DNA of 64,000 bases from Bryobacterales bacterium (GCA_965242705.1 OZ251486.1:2412255-2476254), one strand, 5' to 3'. Shown: positions 38,496 through 48,835, numbered from the stretch's first letter. Notes: generated by a model not told the origin, from the letters alone. A program made the numbers and translations.

Positions 38496-39389
38496 TCAGC
38501 CGCGCGGGTGGTGCCGGTCGTAAACCTCGCGCAGACGCTTGCGCAGAACGTGCGTGTAGATCTGCGTGGTGGAAATGTCGGCGTGGCCGAGCATCATCTG
38601 CAAGCTGCGCAGGTCGGCGCCGCGCTCGAGCAGGTGCGTGGCGAAACTGTGGCGCAGCACGTGCGGCGTGAGCCGCTTGCCTACCCCGGCGGCGAGTCCT
38701 TGCAACTTCAACAGCTTCCAGAAAGCTTGGCGGGTCATGGCGCCGCCGCGCGCCGTAACGAAAAGGTATTCCGACGGCCGGTTCTTGAGGATGACCGGCC
38801 GGCCGCTGCGCACGTAGTCCTCCACCGCTTCGAGCGCCTCGCGTCCGACGGGGACGAGGCGCGTTTTCCCGCCTTTTCCCGTCGTGCGCAGTACGCCCAT
38901 CTTGATGTCGAGTTCCGCGGTTCTGGCCTGCACCAGTTCGGAAACGCGCAGGCCCGTCGCGTAGAGCAGTTGCAGCATCGCGCGGTTGCGGCTGCCGCCC
39001 GGCGATTGCGGGTCCGCCGCGGCCAGCAGGCGATCGACTTCTTCGAGCGACAGGTAGTTGGGGAGTTTTTTCCATTGCGCGGGCGAGGTCAGGTTTGCCG
39101 TCGGGTCCGCCGCGAGGTAGTTCTGCTGCCGCAGATAAAGATAAAGGTTGCGCAGGCTCGATAGATGGCGGGCGATCGAGCGGGCGCTGAGGCCGGCGTC
39201 GTAGAGCGAATCGAGAAAAGCGCGCAGGTCGGCGCCGCCGGCCCCGCGGACGGGCCGCCCGCGCGATTGCAGGAAGTCGGCCAAGCGCGCCAGATCGCGG
39301 CGGTACGCCTGCAGGCTGTTGGCGGAAAGCCCTTTCTCGATACGGCAATAATCGAGATATTCCCGGACGTCGGCTTCTATCGGCTGCAC
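38496..39389 (-). CDS. xerD: site-specific tyrosine recombinase XerD
   Basis: 'EKGLSANSLQAYRRDL', 'LLYATGLRVSEL', 'PHVLRHSFATHLLERGADLRSLQMMLGHADISTTQIYTHV'. Confidence 0.93.
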   Translation of the reverse strand: MQPIEADVREYLDYCRIEKGLSANSLQAYRRDLARLADFLQSRGRPVRGAGGADLRAFLDSLYDAGLSARSIARHLSSLRNLYLYLRQQNYLAADPTANLTSPAQWKKLPNYLSLEEVDRLLAAADPQSPGGSRNRAMLQLLYATGLRVSELVQARTAELDIKMGVLRTTGKGGKTRLVPVGREALEAVEDYVRSGRPVILKNRPSEYLFVTARGGAMTRQAFWKLLKLQGLAAGVGKRLTPHVLRHSFATHLLERGADLRSLQMMLGHADISTTQIYTHVLRKRLREVYDRHHPRG

Positions 39390-39488
39390 AGCTTGTTGCC
39401 CGTCAGCGGGTTACGGGGCCGCGGCGTTGACAGGGAAGTTTCGGCGTATTAGCATACATTTGGATATATAAAACATTCCGCGGCCATT

Positions 39489-39998
39489 TTGTCGAACTCT
39501 ACCACAAAAAAGGTCTATGTGCGGCGCTTCGACCGCGAGACGCTCGCCGGGTACGTATCGCCGCAAACGTTTCTGCGCGCGGACGGCATCGAGGTCATCG
39601 ACCGCGAGGCCGAGGTCGTGCTCGTCCCCTATGAGCAGGCGCGGGCCGTGTATTTCGTGCGCGACTTCAACGGCGGTCCGGAGATCGACCGGCGCACGGC
39701 GTTCGCCTCGCGGCCGAAGCTGGGCGGGCTTTGGGTGCGAATGCGCTTCCGCGACGAAGAGGTGCTCGAAGGGGTCATGCCCAACGACCTGCTGCAAGTG
39801 GGCGAGCATGGGGTGACGGTCACGCCTCCGGACGCGAATGCGAACACGCAAAAGGTGTTCGTGCCGCGCGGCGCGCTGGCCGACTTTCAGGTGCTGGGCG
39901 TGATCGGCAGCCCGCTTCACCGCCGCCGGGTCCGCTTGCAGCAATCCGACCGCGGCCAAGGGGATTTGTTCCGCGCCTCGGCCGAAACCGCTTCCTGA
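39489..39998 (+). CDS. conserved hypothetical protein (DUF6982-like)
   Basis: 'KKVYVRRFDRE', 'AVYFVRDF', 'RPKLGGLWVRMRFRDEEVLEGVMPNDL' resemble an Acidobacteria-typical family; recognised from memory, not searched. Confidence 0.6.
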   Translation: MSNSTTKKVYVRRFDRETLAGYVSPQTFLRADGIEVIDREAEVVLVPYEQARAVYFVRDFNGGPEIDRRTAFASRPKLGGLWVRMRFRDEEVLEGVMPNDLLQVGEHGVTVTPPDANANTQKVFVPRGALADFQVLGVIGSPLHRRRVRLQQSDRGQGDLFRASAETAS

Positions 39999-40009
39999 TC
40001 CCTTGCGGG

Positions 40010-40936
40010 TCAGCGCCCCTCTTCCGCTTCCAGGAAACGCTCGGCTTCGATGGCGGCCATGCAGCCCGCGCCGGCCGCGGTGACGGCTTGGCGGTACACC
40101 TTGTCCTGGATGTCGCCGGCGTGGAAAACGCCCGCCACGTTGGTCCGCGCGCCGCCGTGCGAAACGATGTAGCCCTGCTCGTCGAGATCGAGTTGCCCGC
40201 GGAATACCCCTGTGTTGGGGATGTGCCCTATGGCCAGAAACAGGGCGTTGGTCTTGTGCTCCCATTCCCTGCCGTCGATGGTGCTTTTCAACTTGATGCC
40301 GCTGACGGCTTTCTGCGCCGGGTCGAAGACCTCTTCGACCGCGGCGTTGACGATCCATTTGATCTTCTCGTTGGCGCGGGCCCGCTCGAGCATGATCTTC
40401 GACGCGCGGAACTCCTCGCGGCGGTGGATGATCGAAACTTCCGAGGCGAACTTGGTGAGAAAGGTAGCCTCTTCCATGGCGCTGTCGCCGCCGCCAACCA
40501 CGGCCACCGGCTGCCCGCGGAAAAAGAACCCGTCGCAGGTGGCGCAGGAGCTGACGCCGCGGCCGATGAGTTGTTGCTCGGATTCGAGGCCGAGCCAACG
40601 GGCGGAAGCGCCCGCCGCCGCGATCAGAGTTTTCGTTTCCACCGCGTCATCGCCGATCCAGACCTTGAAAGGCCGCTCGGAAAGATCGACTTTCTCGACG
40701 TAACCGGGACGGAAGACGGCGCCGAACCGCTGCGCCTGCTTCTTCATGTTTTCGACCAGTTCCGGCCCCAGAATGCCCTCGGGAAAACCGGGGAAGTTTT
40801 CGACGTCGGTGGTCAGCGTGAGTTGGCCGCCGGCTTCGGGGCCTTCGAGCACGAGAGGCGCAAGGTTGGCGCGGGCGGCGTAGATGGCGGCGGTATTGCC
40901 GGCGCAGCCGGAACCCATAATCAGGACGTTGAGCAT
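40010..40936 (-). CDS. trxB: thioredoxin reductase
   Basis: 'GGQLTLTTDVENFPG', 'GVSSCATCDG', 'VVGGGDSAMEEA', 'YRQAVTAAGAG'; ATG 40936. Confidence 0.96.
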   Translation of the reverse strand: MLNVLIMGSGCAGNTAAIYAARANLAPLVLEGPEAGGQLTLTTDVENFPGFPEGILGPELVENMKKQAQRFGAVFRPGYVEKVDLSERPFKVWIGDDAVETKTLIAAAGASARWLGLESEQQLIGRGVSSCATCDGFFFRGQPVAVVGGGDSAMEEATFLTKFASEVSIIHRREEFRASKIMLERARANEKIKWIVNAAVEEVFDPAQKAVSGIKLKSTIDGREWEHKTNALFLAIGHIPNTGVFRGQLDLDEQGYIVSHGGARTNVAGVFHAGDIQDKVYRQAVTAAGAGCMAAIEAERFLEAEEGR

Positions 40937-41007
40937 AGAGGCGGTTTCTCCCGGGGAAACGGGGCGATGAATCTTCCATTCTAACGATGCCCGCGGATCG
41001 AGGCGCC

Positions 41008-41245
41008 TTTTCCAATGCAAGATGAATCCGAAGGTGTGCAAGGAGAACAGGCTGTGGCGATGGGAGTCGTCATGCAGCGAGCGGAAGAGTTGAGTTTGGA
41101 GCAGCCCGAGGCGTTTCCGGCGGGAGCGAGCGGGTGGAGTTTGGGGCGGAGAGCCGGGCGGAGAAGTACGCCTTGTTCAATGCCGTGCTGAGCAAGCATC
41201 TCCCCCGCTCGACTCCCTGCGCGGATGCTCATTCTTCGATTGGGA
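41008..41245 (+). mobile_element. internally deleted IS remnant (MITE-like) with imperfect terminal inverted repeats
   Basis: Left end TTCCAATGCAAGATGAATCCGAA versus right end (reverse complement) TCCCAATCGAAGAATGAGC. The interior encodes a frameshifted 'MQRAEELSLEQPEAF / SERVEFGAESRAEKY' resembling the N-terminus of integrase-type transposases (inference). Confidence 0.5.
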
Positions 41246-41350
41246 TAGAGTGGGGAAACGGTGCGTAACGCGGTTCCGGCCGGTAATCCCGCGGCGCAAG
41301 TTCTTGACAGAACGCGCTGCTCATCACCAATAATGTAGGCGTAGGGGATC

Positions 41351-43603
41351 GTGCGGAAACCCGGCGCCGCGTTGGTGGGAGTATTGCTGTCTTTGCCGGC
41401 GGCTTGGGTCTTGTCCGCCAACCCCCGCGAGGCGCCCCCCCAATTCACCGAACAGCAGCGCGCTTGGTGGGCCTTCCAGCCGCCGGCCGCGCCCGAGCCC
41501 CCGGCGAACGGCGCGGCGAATCCGATCGACGCCTTCGTCCGCGCCCGGCTGGCTGAAAAACAAATCGAGATCTCGCCGCCCGCGGACAAGGCCGCGCTGA
41601 TCCGCCGCGCATCGTTCGACCTGCTCGGGTTGCCGCCGACGCCCGAGCAGGTCGAAGCGTTCGTCAACGACGATTCGCCCGACGCCTTCGCCCGGCTCAT
41701 CGACCGCCTGCTCGACTCGCCGCATTACGGCGAGAGATGGGCGCGGCACTGGCTCGACTTGGCGCGCTACGCCGAGAGCGAGGGCTTCAAATCCGACGAG
41801 ACGCGCCCCAACGCCTGGCGCTACCGCGATTATGTGATCGAGGCCTTCAACGCCGACAAGCCCTACGACCGCTTCGTGCAGGAACAGATCGCCGGCGATG
41901 AGCTATGGCCCGAAAGCGCCGAAGCGCGCATCGCCACCGGATTCAACCGCCACTACGCCGACGAAACGAGCGCCGCCGTCCTCATGCAGCGGCGTTCCGA
42001 AATCCTGCTCGATATCACCGACGCGGTCGGGGCAACGTTCATGGGGCTGACCTACGGCTGCGCCAAGTGCCACGACCACAAGTTCGACCCGCTCCTGCAG
42101 GCCGACTATTACCGCCTGCAGGCGTTTTTCGCCAACGTGACCGAAGACGACGAGGTGGTGCTGCTGAGCGAAGAGGAGCATGCCGAATACCGCCGCAAAC
42201 TCGCCGCCTGGCAGGAGGCGACCCGGGAAATCCGCGATGAAATGCAGGCTTTGATGGCGGAAGACCGCGCGGAATTCGAGCGCAGCGAACTGCTTCGCCG
42301 GTCCGCCGAGACGCAGGCCGCTTATACGAAACCGCCCGAGCAGTTGACGATGTACGAACGGTTGATGCTGAAGAAGCATCGCTGGGCGTTGAGCTACGTG
42401 GGCAGCGACGAGAAGCTGCTGCCGGCGATCGAATACGACAAGAAAGTGCGTTACAAGGAATTGGCGAAGGAATTGGCGAAGTTCGAAGCGCAGCGCCCCG
42501 GCGAGCTTCCAGTCGGCAGCGGATTGACCGAATTGGGCGCCGAAGCGCCGCCTACGCACGTGCTCTCTCTGGCCGACTTCGCGGCGCCGGGGCAGGAAGT
42601 CCAACCGGGCTTCCCGTCCATCCTCGACCCGTCGCCCGCCCGTTACCGGCCGACCGCGAACGGCAAGTCCTCGGGCCGGCGCACGGCTCTGGCCATGTGG
42701 CTCACCGACCCGGACAACCCGCTGACCGGCCGGGTCATGGTCAACCGCTTGTGGCACTACCATTTCGGGCGGGGGATCGTGCGCACGCCCAGCGACTTCG
42801 GGGCGATGGGCGATCGCCCGACGCATCCCCGGCTGCTCGATTACCTGACCCGCGAGTTCATCGAGAACGGCTGGAGCCTGAAGCATATGCACCGGCTGAT
42901 GATGACCTCCGAGACGTACCGCCAGTCGTCCGCATACCGCGAAGAGGCGGCGCAGGCCGATCCGCTGAACAAGCTGTTGTGGCGTTTTCCGCCGGGGCGG
43001 CTCGAGGGCGAGGCGATCCGCGACGCGATGCTGGCGGTTTCGGGCAAGCTCGACCCGCGCATCGGCGGGCCGAGTGTCTTCCCCGCTCTGCCGGACGGCG
43101 CTTTCACGCCGCGCGGCGGTTGGGATACATCGCAATCGGAGGCGGATCAGAACCGGCGCAGCATCTACATCTTCGTGCGGCGCAACGGGCGTTACCCGAT
43201 GCTCGAATCGCTCGATATGCCCGACCCGCACGAGGCATGCGCGCGGCGCAACACGACGACGTCCGCGCCGCAGGCTCTGGCGCTGCTCAACAGCCGGCAT
43301 ACGGTGGAGTGGGCTCGGGGGTTCGCCGGGCGGGTCGTCGAACGCGCCGGAGCCGACCCGGCAAGGCAGGCGGATGAAGCGTACCGGCTGGCCTATTCCC
43401 GCCTGCCGGACGCTTGGGAGAAGGACACGGCTCTGACGTTTTTCGACAGTCAGAGCCGCATCGCCGCCGAACGCGCGGCGGCCGGCGAGCCGATCGCGGT
43501 TCCCGATGGTCTGCCCGCGGGCATGAGCCGCGGACAGGGCGCGGCGCTCACCGATTTCTGCCACGCGCTGCTCAATTCCAACGAGTTCGTCTATCGCAAT
43601 TGA
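41351..43603 (+). CDS. DUF1549 + DUF1553 (PSD1/PSCyt2-type) exported protein, copy 1
   Basis: 'WWAFQP', 'NPIDAFV', 'SPHYGERWARHWLDLARYA', CxxCH 'CAKCHDHKFDP', 'NPLTGRVMVNRLW', 'PTHPRLLD', 'LLNSNEF'. Confidence 0.92.
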   Translation: MRKPGAALVGVLLSLPAAWVLSANPREAPPQFTEQQRAWWAFQPPAAPEPPANGAANPIDAFVRARLAEKQIEISPPADKAALIRRASFDLLGLPPTPEQVEAFVNDDSPDAFARLIDRLLDSPHYGERWARHWLDLARYAESEGFKSDETRPNAWRYRDYVIEAFNADKPYDRFVQEQIAGDELWPESAEARIATGFNRHYADETSAAVLMQRRSEILLDITDAVGATFMGLTYGCAKCHDHKFDPLLQADYYRLQAFFANVTEDDEVVLLSEEEHAEYRRKLAAWQEATREIRDEMQALMAEDRAEFERSELLRRSAETQAAYTKPPEQLTMYERLMLKKHRWALSYVGSDEKLLPAIEYDKKVRYKELAKELAKFEAQRPGELPVGSGLTELGAEAPPTHVLSLADFAAPGQEVQPGFPSILDPSPARYRPTANGKSSGRRTALAMWLTDPDNPLTGRVMVNRLWHYHFGRGIVRTPSDFGAMGDRPTHPRLLDYLTREFIENGWSLKHMHRLMMTSETYRQSSAYREEAAQADPLNKLLWRFPPGRLEGEAIRDAMLAVSGKLDPRIGGPSVFPALPDGAFTPRGGWDTSQSEADQNRRSIYIFVRRNGRYPMLESLDMPDPHEACARRNTTTSAPQALALLNSRHTVEWARGFAGRVVERAGADPARQADEAYRLAYSRLPDAWEKDTALTFFDSQSRIAAERAAAGEPIAVPDGLPAGMSRGQGAALTDFCHALLNSNEFVYRN

Positions 43604-43605
43604 AC

Positions 43606-45021
43606 ATGGCGCCCCGGCAGCATTCCCGGCTTTCCCTGCGCTCGCGGCGGAAGTTCCTCACTCAAACCAGCAGCGGGCTGGGCGCCTTGGCGCTTTCGTC
43701 GCTGCTGCGCGAAAGCGGCTTGGCCGCGCCCGGAGGCAGACCGTCCGCAGCCGGGGAACCGCACCACAAGCCCACGGCCAAATCGGTCATCTGGTGCTTC
43801 ATGAACGGCGGCCCCAGCCATCTCGACACGTTCGACCCCAAGCCCGCGCTGGAAAAGTACGCCGGACAGCCCATGCCGGAATCGTACGGGCGTCCGACAA
43901 CCGCCTTCGGCACGGCGCACAATACCCTGATGCCGTCGCAGCGCGAGTGGGCGCAGCACGGCGAAAGCGGCTTGTGGATATCGGACTGGTATCCGCGCGT
44001 GGCCGAGCACGCGGACGATCTGGCGGTCATCCGCTCCTGCTGGATGGACGGCTTGAATCACGCCGGGGCTATGTCCCAGATGAACACCGGCTCGATTCTT
44101 GCCGGGCGCCCCTCGATGGGCGCCTGGGTGACCTACGGCCTCGGCGCCGCCAACCGCAATTTGCCGACCTTCATCGTCCTCAACGAAGAGGGGCCCATCC
44201 GCGGCGACACGCTCAATTGGGGCGCGGGATTCCTGCCGGCGGCCGCTCAGGGGACGTTCCTTCAGCAGCAAGGCGCGCCGATTCTCAACCTCGAAACGCC
44301 GCCGACGGTCGGCGTCCGTCAACAGCGCGGCAAGCTCGACCTGCTCGGCGCCCTGAACCGCCGGCACGCGGAAAAGCACCCCCGCGAGAGCGAACTCGAC
44401 GCCCGGCTAGAATCGTATGAGCTGGCTTGGCGCATGCAAACGCACGCGCCCGAGGCCATCGACCTGACGGGGGAATCGGCGGCGACCCGGAAGCTCTACG
44501 GAATCGGCGAAGAACCCACCGACCGCTACGGCGCGATTCTGCTGCAGGCGCGGCGGCTGGTCGAGCGCGGCGTAAGGTTCGTCCAAGCCTATTGCGGCCG
44601 TTGGGACGCGCACAGCAAACTCGAAGAAAACCACACCAAATGGTGCGGCGTATCCGACAAAACCATCGCCGGCTTGTTGACCGATCTCAAATCGCGCGGC
44701 CTGCTCGACGAAACGCTCGTCATCTGGGGCGGCGAGTTCGGGCGTACGCCGTTCAACGAAAAAGGCGACGGCCGCGACCATAACCCTTGGGGCTTCACCA
44801 TGTGGATGGCCGGCGGCGGCGTCAAAGGCGGCCAAACCATCGGCGAGACCGACGAAATCGGCCTGCGCGCGGTCGAAAAGCCCTACCACGTGCATGACAT
44901 CCACGCGACGATTCTGCACCTGCTGGGACTCAACCATCTCGATCTGACCTACCTGCGCAACGGGCGTTCCGAAAGGCCGACCGTGGACGGCGGAAAGCTG
45001 ATTACCGAAGCCTTGGGGTAG
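43606..45021 (+). CDS. DUF1501 domain protein (sulfatase-like fold, Tat signal), copy 1
   Basis: 'SRRKFL', 'GGPSHLDTFDPKP', 'ARRLVERGVRFV', 'WDAH', 'WGGEFGRTP', 'GRDHNP'. Confidence 0.92.
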   Translation: MAPRQHSRLSLRSRRKFLTQTSSGLGALALSSLLRESGLAAPGGRPSAAGEPHHKPTAKSVIWCFMNGGPSHLDTFDPKPALEKYAGQPMPESYGRPTTAFGTAHNTLMPSQREWAQHGESGLWISDWYPRVAEHADDLAVIRSCWMDGLNHAGAMSQMNTGSILAGRPSMGAWVTYGLGAANRNLPTFIVLNEEGPIRGDTLNWGAGFLPAAAQGTFLQQQGAPILNLETPPTVGVRQQRGKLDLLGALNRRHAEKHPRESELDARLESYELAWRMQTHAPEAIDLTGESAATRKLYGIGEEPTDRYGAILLQARRLVERGVRFVQAYCGRWDAHSKLEENHTKWCGVSDKTIAGLLTDLKSRGLLDETLVIWGGEFGRTPFNEKGDGRDHNPWGFTMWMAGGGVKGGQTIGETDEIGLRAVEKPYHVHDIHATILHLLGLNHLDLTYLRNGRSERPTVDGGKLITEALG

Positions 45022-45175
45022 CCCGCCGCGCCGTTTGCCGGCAGCGCCTCCCGTGTATGCAAGCCCGATTCGCGGGAAACGGAGAATAACGCCGTTACCG
45101 AGCGTAATTTCTCCGTTTGGTCCCTTGACAGAATGCGCTCGCTATAACCATAGTGATATGCGTAGGAGATTGCGC

Positions 45176-47404
45176 ATGAAATCCATCGCCGCGTTTCTGG
45201 GAGTGTTGTTGTCTCTGCCGGCGGCTTGGGTCTTGTCCGCCAACCCCCGCGAGGCGCCCCCCCAATTCACCGAACAGCAGCGCGCTTGGTGGGCCTTCCA
45301 GCCGCCGGCCGCGCCCGAGCCCCCGGCGAACGGCGCGGCGAATCCGATCGACGCCTTCGTCCGCGCCCGGCTGGCTGAAAAACAAATCGAGATCTCGCCG
45401 CCCGCGGACAAGGCCGCGCTGATCCGCCGCGCGTCGTTCGACCTGCTCGGGTTGCCGCCTGCGCCCGAGCAAGTCGAAGCGTTCGTCAACGACGATTCGC
45501 CCGACGCCTTCGCCCGGCTCATCGACCGCCTGCTCGACTCGCCGCATTACGGCGAGAGATGGGCGCGGCACTGGCTCGACTTGGCGCGCTACGCCGAGAG
45601 CGAGGGTTTCAAATCCGACGAGACGCGCCCCAACGCCTGGCGCTACCGCGATTATGTGATCGAGGCCTTCAACGCCGACAAGCCCTACGACCGCTTCGTG
45701 CAGGAACAGATCGCCGGCGATGAGCTATGGCCCGAAAGCGCCGAAGCGCGCATCGCCACCGGCTTCAACCGCCATTACGCCGACGAGACGAACGCCGCCA
45801 TTCTGCTGCAGCGGCGTTCCGAAATCCTGCTCGATATCACCGACGCGGTCGGGGCAACGTTCATGGGGCTGACCTACGGCTGCGCCAAGTGCCACGACCA
45901 CAAGTTCGACCCGCTCCTGCAGGCCGACTATTACCGCCTGCAGGCGTTTTTCGCCAACGTGACCGAAGACGACGAGGTGGTGCTGCTGAACGAAGAGGAG
46001 CATGCCGAATACCGCCGCAAACTCGCCGCTTGGCAGGAGGCGACCCGGGAAATCCGCGCCGAGATGCAGACTCTGTTGGCGGAAAAGCGCGCGGAGACCG
46101 AGCGCGACCAAATCCACCGCCGGGCCGCCGAGACGCAGGCCGCTTATGCCAAGCCGCCCGAGCAGCGGACGATGTACGAGCGGCTCATGCTGCAGAAACA
46201 TCAATGGGCGCTGCGCTACTTCACCGACGAGAAGCTGGCCGGTTCGCTGAAAGGCGCGGAGAAAGCGCGGTACAAGGAACTGGCGAAGGAATTGGCGAAG
46301 TTCGAAGCGCAGCGCCCCGGCGAGCTTCCAGTCGGCAGCGGATTGACCGAATTGGGCGCCGAAGCGCCGCCTACGCACGTGCTCTCTCTGGCCAACTTCG
46401 CGGCGCCGGGGCAGGAAGTCCAACCGGGCTTCCCGTCCATCCTCGACCCGTCGCCCGCCCGTTACCGGCCGACCGCGAACGGCAAGTCCTCGGGCCGGCG
46501 CACGGCTCTGGCCATGTGGCTCACCGACCCGGACAACCCGCTGACCGGCCGGGTCATGGTCAACCGCTTGTGGCACTACCATTTCGGGCGGGGGATCGTG
46601 CGCACGCCCAGCGACTTCGGGGCGATGGGCGATCGCCCGACGCATCCCCGGCTGCTCGATTACCTGACCCGCGAGTTCATCGAGAACGGCTGGAGCCTGA
46701 AGCATATGCACCGGCTGATGATGACCTCCGAGACGTACCGCCAGTCGTCCGCATACCGCGAAGAGGCGGCGCAGGCCGATCCGCTGAACAAGCTGTTGTG
46801 GCGTTTTCCGCCGGGGCGGCTCGAGGGCGAGGCAATCCGCGACGCGATGCTGGCGGTTTCGGGCAAGCTCGACCCGCGCATCGGCGGGCCGAGTGTCTTC
46901 CCCGCTCTGCCGGACGGCGCTTTCACGCCGCGCGGCGGTTGGGATACATCGCAATCGGAGGCGGATCAGAACCGGCGCAGCATCTACATCTTCGTGCGGC
47001 GCAACACGCGTTACCCGATGCTCGAATCGTTCGACATGCCCGATACGCACGAGGCATGCGCGCGGCGCAACACGACGACGTCCGCGCCGCAGGCTCTGGC
47101 GCTGCTCAACAGCCGGCATACGGTGGAGTGGGCTCGGGGGTTCGCCGGGCGGGTCGTCGAACGCGCCGGAGCCGACCCGGCAAGGCAGGCGGATGAAGCG
47201 TACCGGCTGGCCTATTCCCGCCTGCCGGACGCTTGGGAGAAGGACACGGCCCTGACGTTTTTCGACAGGCAGAGCCGTATCGCCGCCGAGCGCGCGGCGG
47301 CCCCCGATCGGCTGCCCGCGGGTATGAGCATCGAACAGGGCGCGGCGCTCACCGATTTCTGCCACGCGCTGCTCAACTCCAACGAGTTCGTCTATCGCAA
47401 TTGA
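45176..47404 (+). CDS. DUF1549 + DUF1553 exported protein, copy 2
   Basis: Near-identical to 41351-43603 apart from a central patch; AGGAG SD before ATG 45176. Confidence 0.92.
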   Translation: MKSIAAFLGVLLSLPAAWVLSANPREAPPQFTEQQRAWWAFQPPAAPEPPANGAANPIDAFVRARLAEKQIEISPPADKAALIRRASFDLLGLPPAPEQVEAFVNDDSPDAFARLIDRLLDSPHYGERWARHWLDLARYAESEGFKSDETRPNAWRYRDYVIEAFNADKPYDRFVQEQIAGDELWPESAEARIATGFNRHYADETNAAILLQRRSEILLDITDAVGATFMGLTYGCAKCHDHKFDPLLQADYYRLQAFFANVTEDDEVVLLNEEEHAEYRRKLAAWQEATREIRAEMQTLLAEKRAETERDQIHRRAAETQAAYAKPPEQRTMYERLMLQKHQWALRYFTDEKLAGSLKGAEKARYKELAKELAKFEAQRPGELPVGSGLTELGAEAPPTHVLSLANFAAPGQEVQPGFPSILDPSPARYRPTANGKSSGRRTALAMWLTDPDNPLTGRVMVNRLWHYHFGRGIVRTPSDFGAMGDRPTHPRLLDYLTREFIENGWSLKHMHRLMMTSETYRQSSAYREEAAQADPLNKLLWRFPPGRLEGEAIRDAMLAVSGKLDPRIGGPSVFPALPDGAFTPRGGWDTSQSEADQNRRSIYIFVRRNTRYPMLESFDMPDTHEACARRNTTTSAPQALALLNSRHTVEWARGFAGRVVERAGADPARQADEAYRLAYSRLPDAWEKDTALTFFDRQSRIAAERAAAPDRLPAGMSIEQGAALTDFCHALLNSNEFVYRN

Positions 47405-47416
47405 AGTGAGGCTACC

Positions 47417-48835
47417 ATGGCGCTCCAGCATCGTTCCCGGCTTTCCCTGCGCTCGCGGCGGGAGTTCCTCACCCGCGCCGGCAGCGGGCTGGGCGCCTTG
47501 GCGCTGACGTCGCTGCTGCACGAAAACGGCTTGGCGGCGGCAGGCGGCGGCCCGCTCGCCGCCAGGAAGCCGCACCACGCGCCCACGGCCAAATCGGTCA
47601 TCTGGTGCTTCATGGAGGGCGGCCCCAGCCACATCGACACGTTCGACCCCAAGCCCGCACTGGAAAAATACGCCGGGCAGCCCATGCCGGAATCGTACGG
47701 GCGTCCGGCGACCGCGATGCCCGGCACGGCGAACAACGCCCTGATGCCGTCGCAGCGCGAGTGGGCGCAATACGGCGAAAGCGGCTTGTGGGTATCGAAC
47801 TGGTATCCGCACGTGGCCGAGCACGTGGACAATCTGGCGGTCATCCGCTCTTGCCAGGCCGACGGATTGAATCACGTCGGCTCCGTGTGCCAGATGAACA
47901 CCGGCTCGATCCTCGCCGGACGCCCCTCGATGGGCGCCTGGGTGACCTACGGCCTCGGCGCCGCCAACCGCAATCTGCCGACCTTCGTCATCCTCAATGA
48001 CGAGGTGCGCATCAACGGCGGCGCGAAAAACTGGAGCGCGGGATTTTTGCCGGCAACCTACCAGGGCACGCTTTTTCAGCAGGAAGGCTCGCCGATTCTC
48101 AACCTCGAGCCGCCGAAGACGGTCAGCGGCCTCCGCCAGCGCGGCAAGCTCGACCTGCTCGGCGCCCTGAACCGCCGGCACGCGGAAAAGCATCCCCACG
48201 AGAGCGAACTCGACGCCCGACTCGAATCGTACGAGCTGGCTTGGCGCATGCAGGCGCACGCGCCCGAGGCCATCGACCTGACGAAAGAGTCGGAGGCGAC
48301 GAAAAAACTCTACGGCATCGGCGAAGAACCCACCGACCGCTACGGCGCGAACCTGTTGCTGGCGCGGCGGCTGGTCGAGCGCGGCGTAAGGTTCGTCGAA
48401 GCCTATTGCGGCGGCTGGGACGCCCATCGCAACATCGAAGAAAACCATACCAAATGGTGCGGCGTGTCCGACAAGCCGATCTCCGGATTGCTGGCCGATC
48501 TCAAATCGCGCGGTCTGCTCGACGAAACGCTCGTCATCTGGGGCGGCGAGTTCGGGCGCACGCCGTTCAACGAAAAAGGCGACGGCCGCGATCATAACCC
48601 TTGGGGCTTTACCATCTGGATGGCCGGCGGCGGCGTCAAGGGCGGCCAAACCATCGGCGAGACCGACGAAATCGGCCTGCGCGCGGTCGAAAAGCCTTAC
48701 CACGTGCATGACATCCACGCAACGATCCTGCACCTGCTGGGACTCAATCATCTCGATCTGACCTACTTGCACAACGGACGCTCCGAGAGGCCGACCATCA
48801 ACGGCGGAAAGCTGATCGCGGAAGCCTTGGCCTAG
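47417..48835 (+). CDS. DUF1501 domain protein, copy 2
   Basis: Same motifs as copy 1. Confidence 0.92.
   Translation: MALQHRSRLSLRSRREFLTRAGSGLGALALTSLLHENGLAAAGGGPLAARKPHHAPTAKSVIWCFMEGGPSHIDTFDPKPALEKYAGQPMPESYGRPATAMPGTANNALMPSQREWAQYGESGLWVSNWYPHVAEHVDNLAVIRSCQADGLNHVGSVCQMNTGSILAGRPSMGAWVTYGLGAANRNLPTFVILNDEVRINGGAKNWSAGFLPATYQGTLFQQEGSPILNLEPPKTVSGLRQRGKLDLLGALNRRHAEKHPHESELDARLESYELAWRMQAHAPEAIDLTKESEATKKLYGIGEEPTDRYGANLLLARRLVERGVRFVEAYCGGWDAHRNIEENHTKWCGVSDKPISGLLADLKSRGLLDETLVIWGGEFGRTPFNEKGDGRDHNPWGFTIWMAGGGVKGGQTIGETDEIGLRAVEKPYHVHDIHATILHLLGLNHLDLTYLHNGRSERPTINGGKLIAEALA

Noticed and set aside
38496-39389. Phage or ICE integrase
   Set aside because: Canonical chromosomal XerD sequence, host-like GC, and no att site, tRNA or phage genes nearby.
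40937-41041. N-terminal extension of TrxB
   Set aside because: It runs into the IS remnant; homology begins at ATG 40936.
45725-48772. Long antisense or alternative-frame ORFs (also 12318-15065, 24989-27634, 54172-56433 and others)
   Set aside because: Shadow ORFs of GC-rich coding genes with no recognisable motifs; the overlapping frame has clear family signatures.
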